From: Bacteroidota bacterium
Lineage (GTDB): Bacteria > Bacteroidota > Bacteroidia > Bacteroidales > VadinHA17
Direction: 5' to 3'
NCBI GenBank assembly: GCA_025350595.1
Contig: JANXXP010000273.1
Span: forward strand, 1,988 to 65,987
DNA: 64,000 nucleotides
The position numbers and the translations under genes are program-made. Numbering within the stretch: position 1 is the first letter of the stretch; each line of letters starts with the position of its first letter. This document shows positions 8,836-16,684 of this stretch, in pieces. The notes beneath the pieces were generated by a model. That model searched no databases. It saw only the letters and a program-made list of their open reading frames with translations, and was not told where the DNA came from.

Positions 8836-10566
8836 ATGAATAAAAATAAATTTGATATTCTTAAGCTGAAAGGCAAATTAGGTAAAATCAGGGACTGGAT
8901 GAATGCACATCATATTCCTCCAAAACTGCTGTTTTTCCTCCTTGGAATAATTTCAACGATCTGGTTTCTGATCAGAGTCATACCAAAACCCTCACGGGCA
9001 ACTTATCCATGCATGCAGGTTGCAGCACCGTTGATGTCGGGTTTTGTTGTTTACCTGCTATCACTGGGAGGTATTACCCTGGCTTTGAAAAAAGCAGGAA
9101 AGAATCTTGCCGGTGCAAGATACATGGCGGCCGGATCTTTTATACTTGTTGCCGCTGCGGGATTGATATTTACCCTGACAAACGGAACAGAATTTTCTTT
9201 TGCAGGAATACAGGCTTTGACTAAACAGGGACCTGATGATGGCCCAAACCAACCGTTTGGAAAAGCCCAGGGAGTAAATCCTGGCAGAGTAGTTTGGATA
9301 TGGAACCCTGAGGCTACAAATGAAAACTGCACAACCAATTTTCAAACAAAAGACTGGTACTGGAAACCCGAAAATACCAATGAAAAAGTGGTTGGAAATA
9401 TGTTTCGATCAGTTCTGAATAAACTGTGTGACAAAAAAACTGCAGCTAAATCATGGGATCTTCTTTTTCATTCTTTCAACATTAAGAAAAATAAAAGTGA
9501 TAAAGGTTATACCAAAGGAGAAAAGATCTTTATTAAAATCAACCAGGGAACCTCACGATGGCTATTAAGCCAGCAGGATAAAGATAATGGGTACTACTAT
9601 CCTGAAACCCTGAAACCAGAGGAAACCAGACGAATAACGAGCCTTGCTCCCACTGAAACCGGACCGTATATTGTTCTTGAAATCCTAAGAGAACTGGTAA
9701 ACGAAATGGGTATAAGCCAGTCAGATATAGCAGTGGGCGATCCGATGACGGATATTTACGGACATAATTTCGATATCTGGGTCAAAGAATTTCCAGGTGT
9801 TTCATATGTTGATAAATTCTCTGCTTCACATGGGCGTACATTGGTTTATCCTACAACAAATGATCTTCTTTTTTATTCCGACAAAACCCAGCAGGATAAG
9901 TTATTTGATGTTATTGAGAAGGCTGATTACCTGATTAATGCGGCTAATCTGAAACCTCATTTAACAGCTGGTATTTCTTTGACTGCAAAAAACCATTTCG
10001 GATCGCAGGCAAGAGCTACAGCAATGCATCTTCATTATTCACTCCCCGGAAGAGGTAATACAGGCTATCATAAGTATCGCGTTCTTGTTGATCTGATGGG
10101 AAGCAAATACCTGGGACAAAATACTTTGCTTTACATGGTTGATGGCTTGTTTGGAGGAGGAGCAAGCGAGACTAAAGGTCCTGTAAAATATTTCATGGCA
10201 CCCTTCAATAATGACTGGTGCAACTCGATATTTTTGTCCCAGGATCAGATTGCTCTGGAATCGGTTTGCTATGATTTTCTGAGGACTGAATGGAACGGGA
10301 TTAATAAACATAATTCCGCAAACAATTCAAGTGAGAGCCATCCTAACTGGAACGGTGTTGATGACTATCTTCATCAGGCGGCGGATCCTTCAAACTGGCC
10401 TGCAGGAATTGTATATGATCCTGACAACAGCGGAAAACCTTTAGCCAGCCTCGGTGTTCATGAGCATTGGAACAATCCGGAGAAGAAACAGTATACCCGG
10501 AATTTGGGTTTGAAAAATGGAATAGAACTGGTTTCTATTCCTGATTCTCTTGTAAAATTTAACTAA
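8836..10566 (+). CDS. DUF362-family protein (paralogue A) with an N-terminal membrane anchor
   Basis: DUF362-like blocks are 'KIFIKINQG', 'ADYLINAANLKPHLTAGISLTAKNHFGS' and 'LLYMVDGLFGGG...SQDQIALESVCYDFL'. Two N-terminal hydrophobic segments flank the block 'RVIPKPSRATYPCMQVAAP', which is identical in the paralogue at 23801. Confidence 0.65.
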   Translation: MNKNKFDILKLKGKLGKIRDWMNAHHIPPKLLFFLLGIISTIWFLIRVIPKPSRATYPCMQVAAPLMSGFVVYLLSLGGITLALKKAGKNLAGARYMAAGSFILVAAAGLIFTLTNGTEFSFAGIQALTKQGPDDGPNQPFGKAQGVNPGRVVWIWNPEATNENCTTNFQTKDWYWKPENTNEKVVGNMFRSVLNKLCDKKTAAKSWDLLFHSFNIKKNKSDKGYTKGEKIFIKINQGTSRWLLSQQDKDNGYYYPETLKPEETRRITSLAPTETGPYIVLEILRELVNEMGISQSDIAVGDPMTDIYGHNFDIWVKEFPGVSYVDKFSASHGRTLVYPTTNDLLFYSDKTQQDKLFDVIEKADYLINAANLKPHLTAGISLTAKNHFGSQARATAMHLHYSLPGRGNTGYHKYRVLVDLMGSKYLGQNTLLYMVDGLFGGGASETKGPVKYFMAPFNNDWCNSIFLSQDQIALESVCYDFLRTEWNGINKHNSANNSSESHPNWNGVDDYLHQAADPSNWPAGIVYDPDNSGKPLASLGVHEHWNNPEKKQYTRNLGLKNGIELVSIPDSLVKFN

Positions 10567-10577
10567 AATATATAATT

Positions 10578-11705
10578 ATGAAAAATGCTTTGTTCTTAAT
10601 CTGTATTATTTGTTTTGTAAATCTGCTTCATGGTCAGAGTAATAACAGCAAGACCTACAAACTCCTTATCGGAACATATACCACTTCTCCAGCCAGTGAT
10701 GGTATTTATGTTTATGATTTCGACTCCGGTACAGGTGCAGTTAACCTTAAATCCAAAATATCGGGTGTTGATAATCCTTCTTATCTGGCAATCAGCCACG
10801 ACGGAAAATACGTATATGCAGTTAATGAGGTAAAAGACGGAGGTGTAAGCTCATTCCTTTTCGACAACAACTCCGGGGAACTAAAGTTTTTAAATAAAGT
10901 CAGTTCCGGTGGATCAGGTCCATGTTATGTTTCCGTTGATGATAAAAACAAATATGTGTTGGCTGGTAATTATAACAGCGGCAGTTTTGCAGCTATCCCA
11001 CTGAAAGATGACGGTTCTATAGGTAGTGATCCACAATTCATCCAACAGGAAGGAAGCAGTATAAACAAAGCTCGTCAGCAAGGCCCGCATCTGCACTGCA
11101 CTGTTCTTTCACCCGACAACAAATATTTACTCACTTCAAATCTTGGTACCGATAAAGTAGGAGTGTATAAGTTTGATGTTACCAAAGTTTCTCAACCTTT
11201 AACACCTGCAGATCCACCATTTATCTCAGTAAAAGCCGGAAACGGTCCGCGTCATCTCACATTTCATCCAAATTCAAAATTCGCTTATCTGATCAGTGAA
11301 ATGGCAGCTTCAATAACAGTATTTGATTATAAAGACGGGAAACTAACCGAAAAACAGTCTATTACTATGTTGTCTTCTGAGTTCAAAGGGAAAGTAGGAG
11401 CCGCTGATATTCATATTTCAGCCGATGGTAATTTTTTGTATGGATCAAACAGAGGTGAAGCCAATGAAGTGGTAATATATTCTATTGATAAAAAGGGAAT
11501 GTTAACATATGCAGGAAGACAATCCTGTCAGGGTAAAGGCCCCCGTAATTTCAGTATTGATCCATCTGGTAATTTTCTTCTTGTTGCCAACCAGGATAGT
11601 AATGACATAGTGTTTTTCAAACGTAATCAAAAGACCGGAATGTTGACTCCGACAGGAGATAAGATTCAGATTAGCAAGCCGGTATGTCTGAAGTTTATCA
11701 ATTAA
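10578..11705 (+). CDS. Seven-bladed beta-propeller lactonase (6-phosphogluconolactonase/YbhE family) with a signal peptide
   Basis: Family blocks include 'LIGTYT', 'NPSYLAISHDGKYVYAVNE', 'GSGPCYVSVD', 'GPHLHC', 'GNGPRHLTFHPN' and 'GPRNFSIDPSGNFLLVANQDSN'. The Sec leader is MKNALFLICIICFVNLLHGQ. Confidence 0.8.
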   Translation: MKNALFLICIICFVNLLHGQSNNSKTYKLLIGTYTTSPASDGIYVYDFDSGTGAVNLKSKISGVDNPSYLAISHDGKYVYAVNEVKDGGVSSFLFDNNSGELKFLNKVSSGGSGPCYVSVDDKNKYVLAGNYNSGSFAAIPLKDDGSIGSDPQFIQQEGSSINKARQQGPHLHCTVLSPDNKYLLTSNLGTDKVGVYKFDVTKVSQPLTPADPPFISVKAGNGPRHLTFHPNSKFAYLISEMAASITVFDYKDGKLTEKQSITMLSSEFKGKVGAADIHISADGNFLYGSNRGEANEVVIYSIDKKGMLTYAGRQSCQGKGPRNFSIDPSGNFLLVANQDSNDIVFFKRNQKTGMLTPTGDKIQISKPVCLKFIN

Positions 11706-11755
11706 AAATATTAAAATCTATCTTCTTTATTCTAACCCTTGAGAATTACCTGATC

Positions 11756-13027
11756 ATGAAACTTCAAAAAACTTTATTGACATGGCTTCTGCTTATTTCC
11801 TTCGGTGTGTTTTCGACAAAAGCAGATCCCGGAAAAAGCGTTTCTGTTTATCAGAAAAAACCAAATGATACTGAAGCATTCTTTTTTACACCGGAGAATT
11901 ATAATATCAAAGCAGATGGTAAAATGGATGTTTCTGATGCTCTTCAGAAAGCAATTAACCAGGTAAAAACTGAGAAAAGCTTTGGAATACTTTTTATTCC
12001 TGAAGGGAAATATCTGATAAGCAAAACCATTTATATACCTGGATCGATACGGGTAATTGGTTACGGTAAAAACCGTCCTGAAATTATTTTGGGCAAAAAC
12101 ACACCAGGGTTCCAGATGGCTGATACAGGCGCAAGAGCCCAGGACAAATATATGATATTCTTTTCCGGTGGTATGGCATCTGAAGGAAGACCGGCAGGCG
12201 ATGCCGGAGCTGGTACTTTCTACAGTGCACTTTCCAACATCGACTTCAGGATAGAAGATGGGAACCCGGCTGCGGTGGCCATTAGATCACATTTTGCACA
12301 GCACGGATTTATCAGCCATGTATTGTTTAATATCGGAAAAGGGAAAGCAGGTATAGGTGAAGTTGGAAATGAAATGGAGGATCTTATTTTCATGGGTGGC
12401 GACTATGGTATTATTAGTGGACAAACTTCTCCCAGCTGGCCTATTCCGGTTGTTGACACCTATTATGAAGGACAGCGCAAAGCAGCAGTCCAGTGTTTCC
12501 AGACAGGATATGTCTTTGTAAATATGCATGTAAAGAATTCACCAATTGTTGTCGAGATCAGGGAAGATCGTATTGATCGCCTCTATATGGAAAACTGTCT
12601 TTTTGATAATATAAAGGAAGCCGGTGTGGTAATAAGCAAAGAAACAGATCCACAAACACAGGTAAGCCTGCTTAATATAGATTGCAGATCTGTCCCGGTT
12701 CTGGCAAAATTCCGTCAGAGTGGTAAAAAAACAGAAACAACACTAAAGATTTATAAGGTTAAGGAATTCACTCACGGAGTGGTTATGGAGGATATGGCAG
12801 CAAATTCAGAATCTAAAACCATTAGCATTATTGAGCCACTGCAGCTCTTTCCTCTTAAACTTGAAAAAGATATTCCGGCGTTACCACAACAAACTACCTG
12901 GGTAAATATTTCAGATCTGGGTGCAGAGATGAGGGGTGGTGTATTTCCATTTGAAAACACTCTTTATGATGAAATCACTGGGAATGCTGTCCCTCAAAAG
13001 ATATTTACCTCACTGATAGTTAAATAA
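11756..13027 (+). CDS. Right-handed beta-helix (pectate-lyase-3/GH55-like) protein, apparently 3'-truncated
   Basis: I take the start as the ATG at 11756 (MKLQKTLLTWLLLISFGVFS signal), not 11684, which overlaps the upstream gene. 'DVSDALQKAINQV...GILFIPEGKYLISKTIYIP' is a Pectate_lyase_3-type opening. The protein ends about 30 aa after a second 'WVNISDLGA' opening, where a second helix domain would normally start. Confidence 0.5.
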   Translation: MKLQKTLLTWLLLISFGVFSTKADPGKSVSVYQKKPNDTEAFFFTPENYNIKADGKMDVSDALQKAINQVKTEKSFGILFIPEGKYLISKTIYIPGSIRVIGYGKNRPEIILGKNTPGFQMADTGARAQDKYMIFFSGGMASEGRPAGDAGAGTFYSALSNIDFRIEDGNPAAVAIRSHFAQHGFISHVLFNIGKGKAGIGEVGNEMEDLIFMGGDYGIISGQTSPSWPIPVVDTYYEGQRKAAVQCFQTGYVFVNMHVKNSPIVVEIREDRIDRLYMENCLFDNIKEAGVVISKETDPQTQVSLLNIDCRSVPVLAKFRQSGKKTETTLKIYKVKEFTHGVVMEDMAANSESKTISIIEPLQLFPLKLEKDIPALPQQTTWVNISDLGAEMRGGVFPFENTLYDEITGNAVPQKIFTSLIVK

Positions 13028-13051
13028 ATACTTATTGGATAGTATAGGTTT

Positions 13052-14125
13052 ATGCATAATCTCATTTTAAAATTGAAGCATGCAAAATATTTGTTCATCG
13101 CGCTGACTGTGGCGTGTCTGTCAACTGGTTGTACAAAAGATGAAAAATCTGTTATACCCACTCCATTGAAGGAAAAAGCTTCATTTCCGGTAGGTGCGGC
13201 TGTTTCAGTTGCACACTTGAAAGAGGCAGATTTCGCTGAAACCTTTAAAAACAATTTTAGCCAGCTGACTGCTGAATACGAGATGAAGATGGTTCACATA
13301 TGGTCATCACTTTCAGTATATAATTGGACAGATGTTGATTACCTGGTAAATTATGCAACACAAAATAGTTTGAAAGTTCATGGTCACACTTTATTGTGGT
13401 ATCAATCATTCCCCACCTGGTTTAAGGATGCATCCTACGACTCTCTCAACTTTGAAAATAATATAAAAACCTATATCAGGACAGTTGTCTCAAGATATAG
13501 CGGAAGAATTGTAAGCTGGGACGTAGCCAATGAAATTTTTGCCGATGATGGTTCTCTGAGAAATGACGGGATTGTGTATAAAACTTTTAAGGATCCTATT
13601 GCATTTTATGGTAGATGTTTTCAATACGCAAGGGACTCCGATCCGAACGTGAAGCTGTTTTATAATGATTATGATATAGTATTGAATCTGGCCAAAAGGA
13701 ATTCTGTAAAAGATCTGGTTGCCAGGTTTAAAAGATCGGGATACCCCATTGACGGATTAGGTGAGCAATGTCATACCTCGGTTTGGACGACCAACACTTT
13801 GCGAAGATCAGGTTTTAGTGATCTGGCAGGTACTGGATTACTTATACATATTTCAGAACTGGATGTCAGGGTAAACCAGTATAAATCTGATTCTTATGTT
13901 TTTACCGATACGGAACAACAGAAACAATATGATACCTTCAAAGACATAGTCGAAATGTTTGAAACACTGCCCCCTGGACAAAAATTTGCAATAACAACCT
14001 GGGGATTAACTGACAAATATACATGGCTGACAGCCTGGTGGCATCCCAAAGTATACCCTTTGCTTTTTGATAATAATTACAGCAAAAAGAAAGCATACTC
14101 TGGATTTCTGGAAGGATTGAAATAA
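13052..14125 (+). CDS. GH10 endo-1,4-beta-xylanase, lipoprotein
   Basis: GH10 blocks are 'HGHTLLW', 'WDVANE' (acid/base) and 'ISELDV' (nucleophile). The lipobox is 'LSTGC'. Confidence 0.9.
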   Translation: MHNLILKLKHAKYLFIALTVACLSTGCTKDEKSVIPTPLKEKASFPVGAAVSVAHLKEADFAETFKNNFSQLTAEYEMKMVHIWSSLSVYNWTDVDYLVNYATQNSLKVHGHTLLWYQSFPTWFKDASYDSLNFENNIKTYIRTVVSRYSGRIVSWDVANEIFADDGSLRNDGIVYKTFKDPIAFYGRCFQYARDSDPNVKLFYNDYDIVLNLAKRNSVKDLVARFKRSGYPIDGLGEQCHTSVWTTNTLRRSGFSDLAGTGLLIHISELDVRVNQYKSDSYVFTDTEQQKQYDTFKDIVEMFETLPPGQKFAITTWGLTDKYTWLTAWWHPKVYPLLFDNNYSKKKAYSGFLEGLK

Positions 14126-14148
14126 AGTATAACAAAATAAGCTATTGC

Positions 14149-16668
14149 ATGATGAAAACAATAAAATTCAATTTTTCCTTAATCATTCTGATTGTATTAT
14201 CTGGTCAGTTTTTTACAAGTTGTTCTTCAGTGCCTGATAAAACTCAAAGTGCTCTGGAACAAAGAATCGATACTATTATAGGAAAGATGAACATGCAGGA
14301 AAAAATTGAACAGCTCTACTACAAAACAGATGGAAATAAACGTTTGGGTATTCCTCAGTTTACAGGAAGCGATGGACCTCATGGTGTAGGTAGTAATGCA
14401 AAAGGATATTCTTCATTCCCTGTTACAATAGCAATGGCGGCAACCTGGGACCCGGCATTGATTACAAGGGTAGGCAGGGCTATTGGACTCGAACAGGCTG
14501 CACATGGTAGAGACAGGATCGCTGGTCCGACGCTTGATTTACTGATTGATCCCCGTAATGGAAGAGCACCGGAAACAATTGGAGAAGACCCGTTCCTTGG
14601 TGGCAGAATTTCTGAAGCTTTTGTTTTGGGTCAAAACACTACATCTGTTTTTGGATCAATAAAGCATTACAATTTAAACACTTATGAATTTAACCGTCGT
14701 ACCAACAACTACCTTAGCGACGAAAGAAGTCTGGTAGAATTTTGGGGTTATCATTGGAAAAGAACAATTCAGGACGGAGGTGCTATCTCAGTGATGTGCG
14801 CCTACAACTGGATTAATGGCGATAAATGTGCTGAAAATAAATTCCTGATCAAAAACCTCCTCCGCGATCATTGGGGTTTTAACTATTATACAATGTGCGA
14901 TTGGGGTGGATTCAGCGAAACAGAAAAAGCTTTGAAATCGGAACTTGACTTTTGCGAGGGCAACGACCTGTATATCAAAGAACTGCCTGCCGGAGTGAAA
15001 GATGGACGTTTCGACAGCAGCCTGGTAGAAAGAGCCACAAGAAATGTGCTCAGAACAAAAATTATTTCCGGTATGATTGATGGAGTACCTTCTATTCCAA
15101 AGACCGTTATTGACAGTAAAGAACACCGGGAACTGGTTTACGAAAGCGGATTAAAAGGGCTTATTCTTTTAAAAAATGAAAAGAACATTCTGCCACTGAA
15201 TATCGATAAAATTAAATCAATCGCAATCATTGGACCGAACGCTGCAATACTGCCACTCGATGGGAACAGCAGTTCAAAAGTTATTCCCTCATATCAGATT
15301 CCGGTAGAAAATGCAATTCGTAAAGTTTTAGGTAATGAACGCGTAAATTATGCAAAAGGATGTAATATTAATGATACCGACAAAAAACAATTCAAAGAAG
15401 CTTTAGCTGCTGCGAAAAAATCTGAATATGTAGTGTTTGTTGCCGGTTTGGATAATACACTTGAAGGAGAAGGATATTTTCTTTTCAGAGATGCCGATGA
15501 AAAAGGAGGAGATACGGTAACCCGTCCTGATAGAGCTTCCCAAACAGTATTACTTCCCGGAATGCAGAATGAATTGATAAAAGAAATTGCAAAAGTTAAT
15601 CCTAATATAATTCTGGTGGTTATATCGGGTGGGACCTGCTCTGTAACTCCTGTTATCAATAGCGTTAAAGGACTGGTATATGCTTTTTATCCCGGACAGG
15701 AAGGGGGGCGGGCCATTGCTGATGTTTTATTCGGAAACTACAATCCTTCAGGAAAGATGCCGGCTACCATGCCTAAAGACGACGGACAAATCCAGCCTAT
15801 TAGTCCGGACTTCCGTGATATGGTCACAAAAGGGGTAGGATATCGCTGGTTCGACTCTCAGAAGTTGACACCCGAATTTGCCTTTGGATCAGGATTAAGC
15901 TATACCACTTTTGAGTACAGCAATATAAAAGTAAACAATAAATCAGCCCGGGCAGGTGATTTAATTAAAGTATCTTTTAACCTATCAAATACCGGAAAAA
16001 TAGCCGGCGAAGAAGTCGCACAACTCTATCTTTCAACCGGTAAAATTATTCCATCACTTCAGATGCCTGAAAAACAGCTGCGTGGGTTCAAAAAAGTCCT
16101 GCTGAAAGCCGGTGAATCAAAATACATCACCTTCACACTCAGCCCTGAAGAGTTTTATATATACAACACAGAAAAACAATCATACCAGGTACCTGAAGGT
16201 GAATTTATTGTCAGGGTTGGCGGATCCTCAGATGCGTTACCTCTTAAAGCTGAATTTTCTCTTACTAATGCAGTGGGTAAACCCGATCTGTCAATAAAAA
16301 ACATTCGTACTATGCCGGCATATCCTAAAGAGGGAGAAGAGGTAGTTTTTATGGCTTCACTGATAAACAATGGTACTGAGTCAATAAAAAAGGGCGATAA
16401 TCTTTTGGTTCATTTTTATGTAGACGGAAAAGAGGTAGCCGACTATTACTCAAAATTGACTTCCATACCTGTAGGTGGAATGGATTTTATCTGCGCCGGG
16501 GCGCTAAATAAAAACTGGATTGCATCAAATGGGAAATTCAAAGTTACAGCCACAATTGAGGTGGCTGACGGAATGGAATTAAATTCACTAAATAATACGT
16601 GTGAAGCGGAACTGATTATCCCGAATGGAAAGGTTATTCCTGAAGAAATTGCCCATACAATTAAATAA
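14149..16668 (+). CDS. GH3 beta-glucosidase/beta-xylosidase with an extra C-terminal CARDB-like domain
   Basis: GH3 blocks are 'SDGPHG', 'KHYNLN' and 'MCDWGG' (nucleophile Asp region), followed by a fibronectin-like 'GSGLSYTTFEYSN'. The C-terminal part 'KPDLSIKNIRTMPAYPKEGEEVVFMASLINNG' looks like a CARDB domain. Confidence 0.9.
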   Translation: MMKTIKFNFSLIILIVLSGQFFTSCSSVPDKTQSALEQRIDTIIGKMNMQEKIEQLYYKTDGNKRLGIPQFTGSDGPHGVGSNAKGYSSFPVTIAMAATWDPALITRVGRAIGLEQAAHGRDRIAGPTLDLLIDPRNGRAPETIGEDPFLGGRISEAFVLGQNTTSVFGSIKHYNLNTYEFNRRTNNYLSDERSLVEFWGYHWKRTIQDGGAISVMCAYNWINGDKCAENKFLIKNLLRDHWGFNYYTMCDWGGFSETEKALKSELDFCEGNDLYIKELPAGVKDGRFDSSLVERATRNVLRTKIISGMIDGVPSIPKTVIDSKEHRELVYESGLKGLILLKNEKNILPLNIDKIKSIAIIGPNAAILPLDGNSSSKVIPSYQIPVENAIRKVLGNERVNYAKGCNINDTDKKQFKEALAAAKKSEYVVFVAGLDNTLEGEGYFLFRDADEKGGDTVTRPDRASQTVLLPGMQNELIKEIAKVNPNIILVVISGGTCSVTPVINSVKGLVYAFYPGQEGGRAIADVLFGNYNPSGKMPATMPKDDGQIQPISPDFRDMVTKGVGYRWFDSQKLTPEFAFGSGLSYTTFEYSNIKVNNKSARAGDLIKVSFNLSNTGKIAGEEVAQLYLSTGKIIPSLQMPEKQLRGFKKVLLKAGESKYITFTLSPEEFYIYNTEKQSYQVPEGEFIVRVGGSSDALPLKAEFSLTNAVGKPDLSIKNIRTMPAYPKEGEEVVFMASLINNGTESIKKGDNLLVHFYVDGKEVADYYSKLTSIPVGGMDFICAGALNKNWIASNGKFKVTATIEVADGMELNSLNNTCEAELIIPNGKVIPEEIAHTIK

Positions 16669-16684
16669 TTCTGTAAAAACACAA

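Noticed and set aside
9051-9345. Antisense and out-of-frame ORFs of 60-150 aa inside long genes, for example 495-689, 3001-3496, 9051-9345, 14788-15126, 18374-18766, 34890-35228, 44883-45176 and 53185-53637.
   Set aside because: They lie entirely within strongly supported CDSs that have clear family motifs. They have low-complexity or odd composition and no motifs, as expected for shadow ORFs.
11684-11755. 5' extensions of several tracked ORFs that overlap the upstream gene or use TTG/GTG starts: 11684, 16625, 20532, 38205, 49826, 51710, 46887-46979 and 49807-49857.
   Set aside because: In each case an internal ATG lies just after the upstream stop and is immediately followed by a typical signal or lipoprotein leader, or for proA by a start abutting the proB stop. 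The extensions encode no recognisable sequence.
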